DNA of 64,000 nucleotides. Source: an uncultured Coriobacteriaceae bacterium. Lineage in GTDB: Bacteria; Actinomycetota; Coriobacteriia; Coriobacteriales; Atopobiaceae. The stretch is taken from contig CACYGL010000003.1 in the NCBI GenBank assembly GCA_902773995.1, positions 1,986 through 65,985 on the forward strand, written 5' to 3'. Shown here piece by piece: positions 61,822 through 64,000 of this stretch. Below the pieces are notes generated by a model. The model was given only the letters and a program-made list of their open reading frames with translations. It was not told the origin of the DNA and did not search any database. The translations under genes and the position numbers were made by a program. Each line of letters opens with the position of its first letter. Within the stretch, counting starts at the first letter, position 1.

Positions 61822-64000
61822 ATGGCATTCGTTCACCTACACAATCACTCGGACTTCTCGATTCTCGACGGCGCCACGCCCATCCCCAGCATGGTCAAGC
61901 GCGCCGTCGACGAGGGGATGCCTGCCGTTGCCCTTACGGACCACGGCTATATGTTTGGCATCCCCAACCTGGACCTGGAATGTCGCAAGTACAACGATGG
62001 CCAGGCCAACATGAAGCAGTGGCGCCACGACGTCGAGTGCTTCAAGAAGAGCTGGGATCTCGAGGAGCCTGCGCCGGACGCGGATGACGCAAGCTACTTC
62101 GACCGTATCCACGACCAGTGGGCAAGCGACGTTGCCGTGTGGGAGTCCTCCGGACACGATCTCGCTGCCGTCCAAGCAAACCGCCCGCGCCTCAAGGTGA
62201 AGCCCATCTTTGGCTGCGAGGCATACTTCATCACTGACGACTGCATCGAGCGTGGCACCAAGCAGCGCCGCTATCACCTCATCCTTCTCGCCAAGAACGA
62301 GACGGGCTACCACAACCTGGTGAAGTGCATGTCCAAGGCCGCCGGCCACGAGATGATGTACTACCGGCCGCGCACTACGCTCGACATGCTCAAGGAGTAC
62401 CACGAGGGGCTCATCTGCCAGAGCGCCTGCGTCCAGGGCATCATTCCGCAGTGCATTCTGGATGGTGATTTTGACGGTGCGCGCAGGTGGGCCGAGACCT
62501 TCCGCGACGTCTTTGGCGATGATTTCTACATCGAAATTCAGGACCACGGCCTTACCTTCCGCAACGGCTGGGATGACCGCAAGCTCGACGAGTACCTGGT
62601 CAAGATGGCGCACGAGATGGGCGTCAAGGTGGTTGCCACCAACGACTTCCACTACCTCACGCGCGACGACGCCTCCACGCAGGACATCCTCTCCTGCATT
62701 GGCAAGGCAACCACCCTCGACGACCCCAACCGCATGCGGATGGAGGGCTCGGAGTTCTACATGAAGTCCGAGGAGGAGATGCGCCAGCTCTTCTCCTGGT
62801 GCCCCGAGGCCTGCGACACCACGCTCGAGATTGCCGACAAGTGCAACTACGAGCTTGACTGGACCCACATGTACCTGCCCGAGTACCCTGGCCTTCGCCC
62901 CGGCGAGACGGCAGACGAGCGCTTCCGCGAGGAGTGCGAGAAGGGCCTTGCCAAGCGCTACGGCGAGAATTGGCGCGACCTCACCATTGGTGGCTGGAAC
63001 GTCAAGGACCGCTTCGAGCACGAGTACAAGATCATCACCGAGAAGGGCTTCGCCAACTACTTCCTCATTGTCCAGGACTACGTGCAGTGGGCCAAGGACA
63101 ACGGCATCGGCGTTGGCCCGGGCCGTGGATCCGCCGCTGGCGCCATCGTCGCGTACGCCATGAACATCACGAACTTCGACCCGCTCGAGAACGGCCTCAT
63201 GTTCGAGAGGTTCCTCTCGCCGCAGCGCTCCGAGATGCCCGATATCGACATGGACTTCGACGATGAGCACCTCCAGGACGTTCTACAGCACGTGCGTGAC
63301 GTCTATGGCGAGGACCATGTGTGCAAGGTCATCACGTACTCGACCATCAAGGCAAAGCAGGCCATCAACGACGCCAACCGCGTCCTGGGCTTCCCTGTCT
63401 ACAAGGGCCAGCAGCTCTCCAAGATGCTCTCGAACGACCCCAAGCTCCAGCTTGCCAACGCCCTCCACAAGAATGAGAAGAAGCCCGACCAGTACTCGCC
63501 GGACTTCGAGGATGCCTACAACAAGGACCCGGACGCCCACCGCATCATCGACGCCGCCCTCTCCATCGAGGGCTTCATGCGCGGCGAGGGCGTGCATGCC
63601 TGCGCAACGCTCATCGCGCCCACGCCCGTAACGGACCACGTGCCCACCAAGCTCGACACCAAGGGTAACGTCACCATTACCCAGTACGAGGGCCACTCCG
63701 TCGCAGACATGGGCCTGCTCAAGATGGACTTTCTGGGCCTGCGCACGCTCACGGTCATCAACAAAGCGCTCGCGAACATCCGCCACTCCTACCCCAACGC
63801 CTCCGACATCGACCGCATGCCGGATGCGGTCAAGGCCTGCATCAAGCCCGGCGCCACCTGCGTGGACATCGACGTGGACAAGGTCGACTTCTCGGACCCC
63901 AAGATCTACGAGCTTCTCGGCAAGGGCTACACGGCCGGCGTGTTCCAGGTGGAGTCCGCGGGCATGACCGCCACTATCAAGAACATGCAGCCCAACGCCT
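61822..64000 (+). CDS. dnaE: DNA polymerase III alpha subunit, N-terminal part (continues beyond the window)
   Basis: Starts MAFVHLHNHSDFSILDG (PHP domain). The frame stays open to the window end. The listed minus-strand ORF 61837..63270 is its antisense shadow. Confidence 0.9.
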   Translation, partial: MAFVHLHNHSDFSILDGATPIPSMVKRAVDEGMPAVALTDHGYMFGIPNLDLECRKYNDGQANMKQWRHDVECFKKSWDLEEPAPDADDASYFDRIHDQWASDVAVWESSGHDLAAVQANRPRLKVKPIFGCEAYFITDDCIERGTKQRRYHLILLAKNETGYHNLVKCMSKAAGHEMMYYRPRTTLDMLKEYHEGLICQSACVQGIIPQCILDGDFDGARRWAETFRDVFGDDFYIEIQDHGLTFRNGWDDRKLDEYLVKMAHEMGVKVVATNDFHYLTRDDASTQDILSCIGKATTLDDPNRMRMEGSEFYMKSEEEMRQLFSWCPEACDTTLEIADKCNYELDWTHMYLPEYPGLRPGETADERFREECEKGLAKRYGENWRDLTIGGWNVKDRFEHEYKIITEKGFANYFLIVQDYVQWAKDNGIGVGPGRGSAAGAIVAYAMNITNFDPLENGLMFERFLSPQRSEMPDIDMDFDDEHLQDVLQHVRDVYGEDHVCKVITYSTIKAKQAINDANRVLGFPVYKGQQLSKMLSNDPKLQLANALHKNEKKPDQYSPDFEDAYNKDPDAHRIIDAALSIEGFMRGEGVHACATLIAPTPVTDHVPTKLDTKGNVTITQYEGHSVADMGLLKMDFLGLRTLTVINKALANIRHSYPNASDIDRMPDAVKACIKPGATCVDIDVDKVDFSDPKIYELLGKGYTAGVFQVESAGMTATIKNMQPNA

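Overview
This is a high-GC (roughly 65% by eye) chromosomal window that is almost entirely housekeeping. The gene order queA-tgt-secDF-recJ-relA, AddAB instead of RecBCD, AsrABC sulfite reductase, PdxR-pdxST and a sortase-type surface protein with Listeria-Bacteroides repeats suggest an anaerobic actinobacterium of the Coriobacteriia (Olsenella/Atopobium-like). That assignment is inference only. I can support about 50 protein genes: a fused ABC permease/ATPase, asrABC, metG, queH/queA/tgt, secDF, a RecJ-RecQ fusion, rel, pfkA, pdxST/pdxR, a PaaK-like ligase with an ACT protein, mtnP, tatA, an acetylase-branch DAP/lysine cluster behind a lysine riboswitch, an LPXTG-type adhesin, a GntR/DUF1648 pair, a FucO-like dehydrogenase, DUF2974, HIRAN, YerC, addBA and the 5' part of dnaE. 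There are two probable pseudogenes: ptsH with an internal out-of-frame deletion, and a Zn-alcohol dehydrogenase with one in-frame TGA. I found no rRNA, tRNA, CRISPR array, cas genes, prophage or intact IS. The unexplained signal is in the non-coding DNA and in two gene fusions. (1) A roughly 295-nt element with a 10-bp closing helix and two paralogous sub-domains sits between tgt and secD, where yajC normally lies. (2) Two loci carry hairpin doublets with the same 61-bp architecture and covarying stems. (3) A roughly 175-bp palindrome sits between the divergent M20 and lysA genes, and one of its arms recurs next to the RNA candidate. (4) A 52-bp x3 tandem array is coupled to a 16-bp long-range helix. 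(5) RecJ is covalently fused to a RecQ-family helicase. Many long ORFs in the supplied track are antisense shadows of real genes, as expected at this GC content, and are not reported as features.
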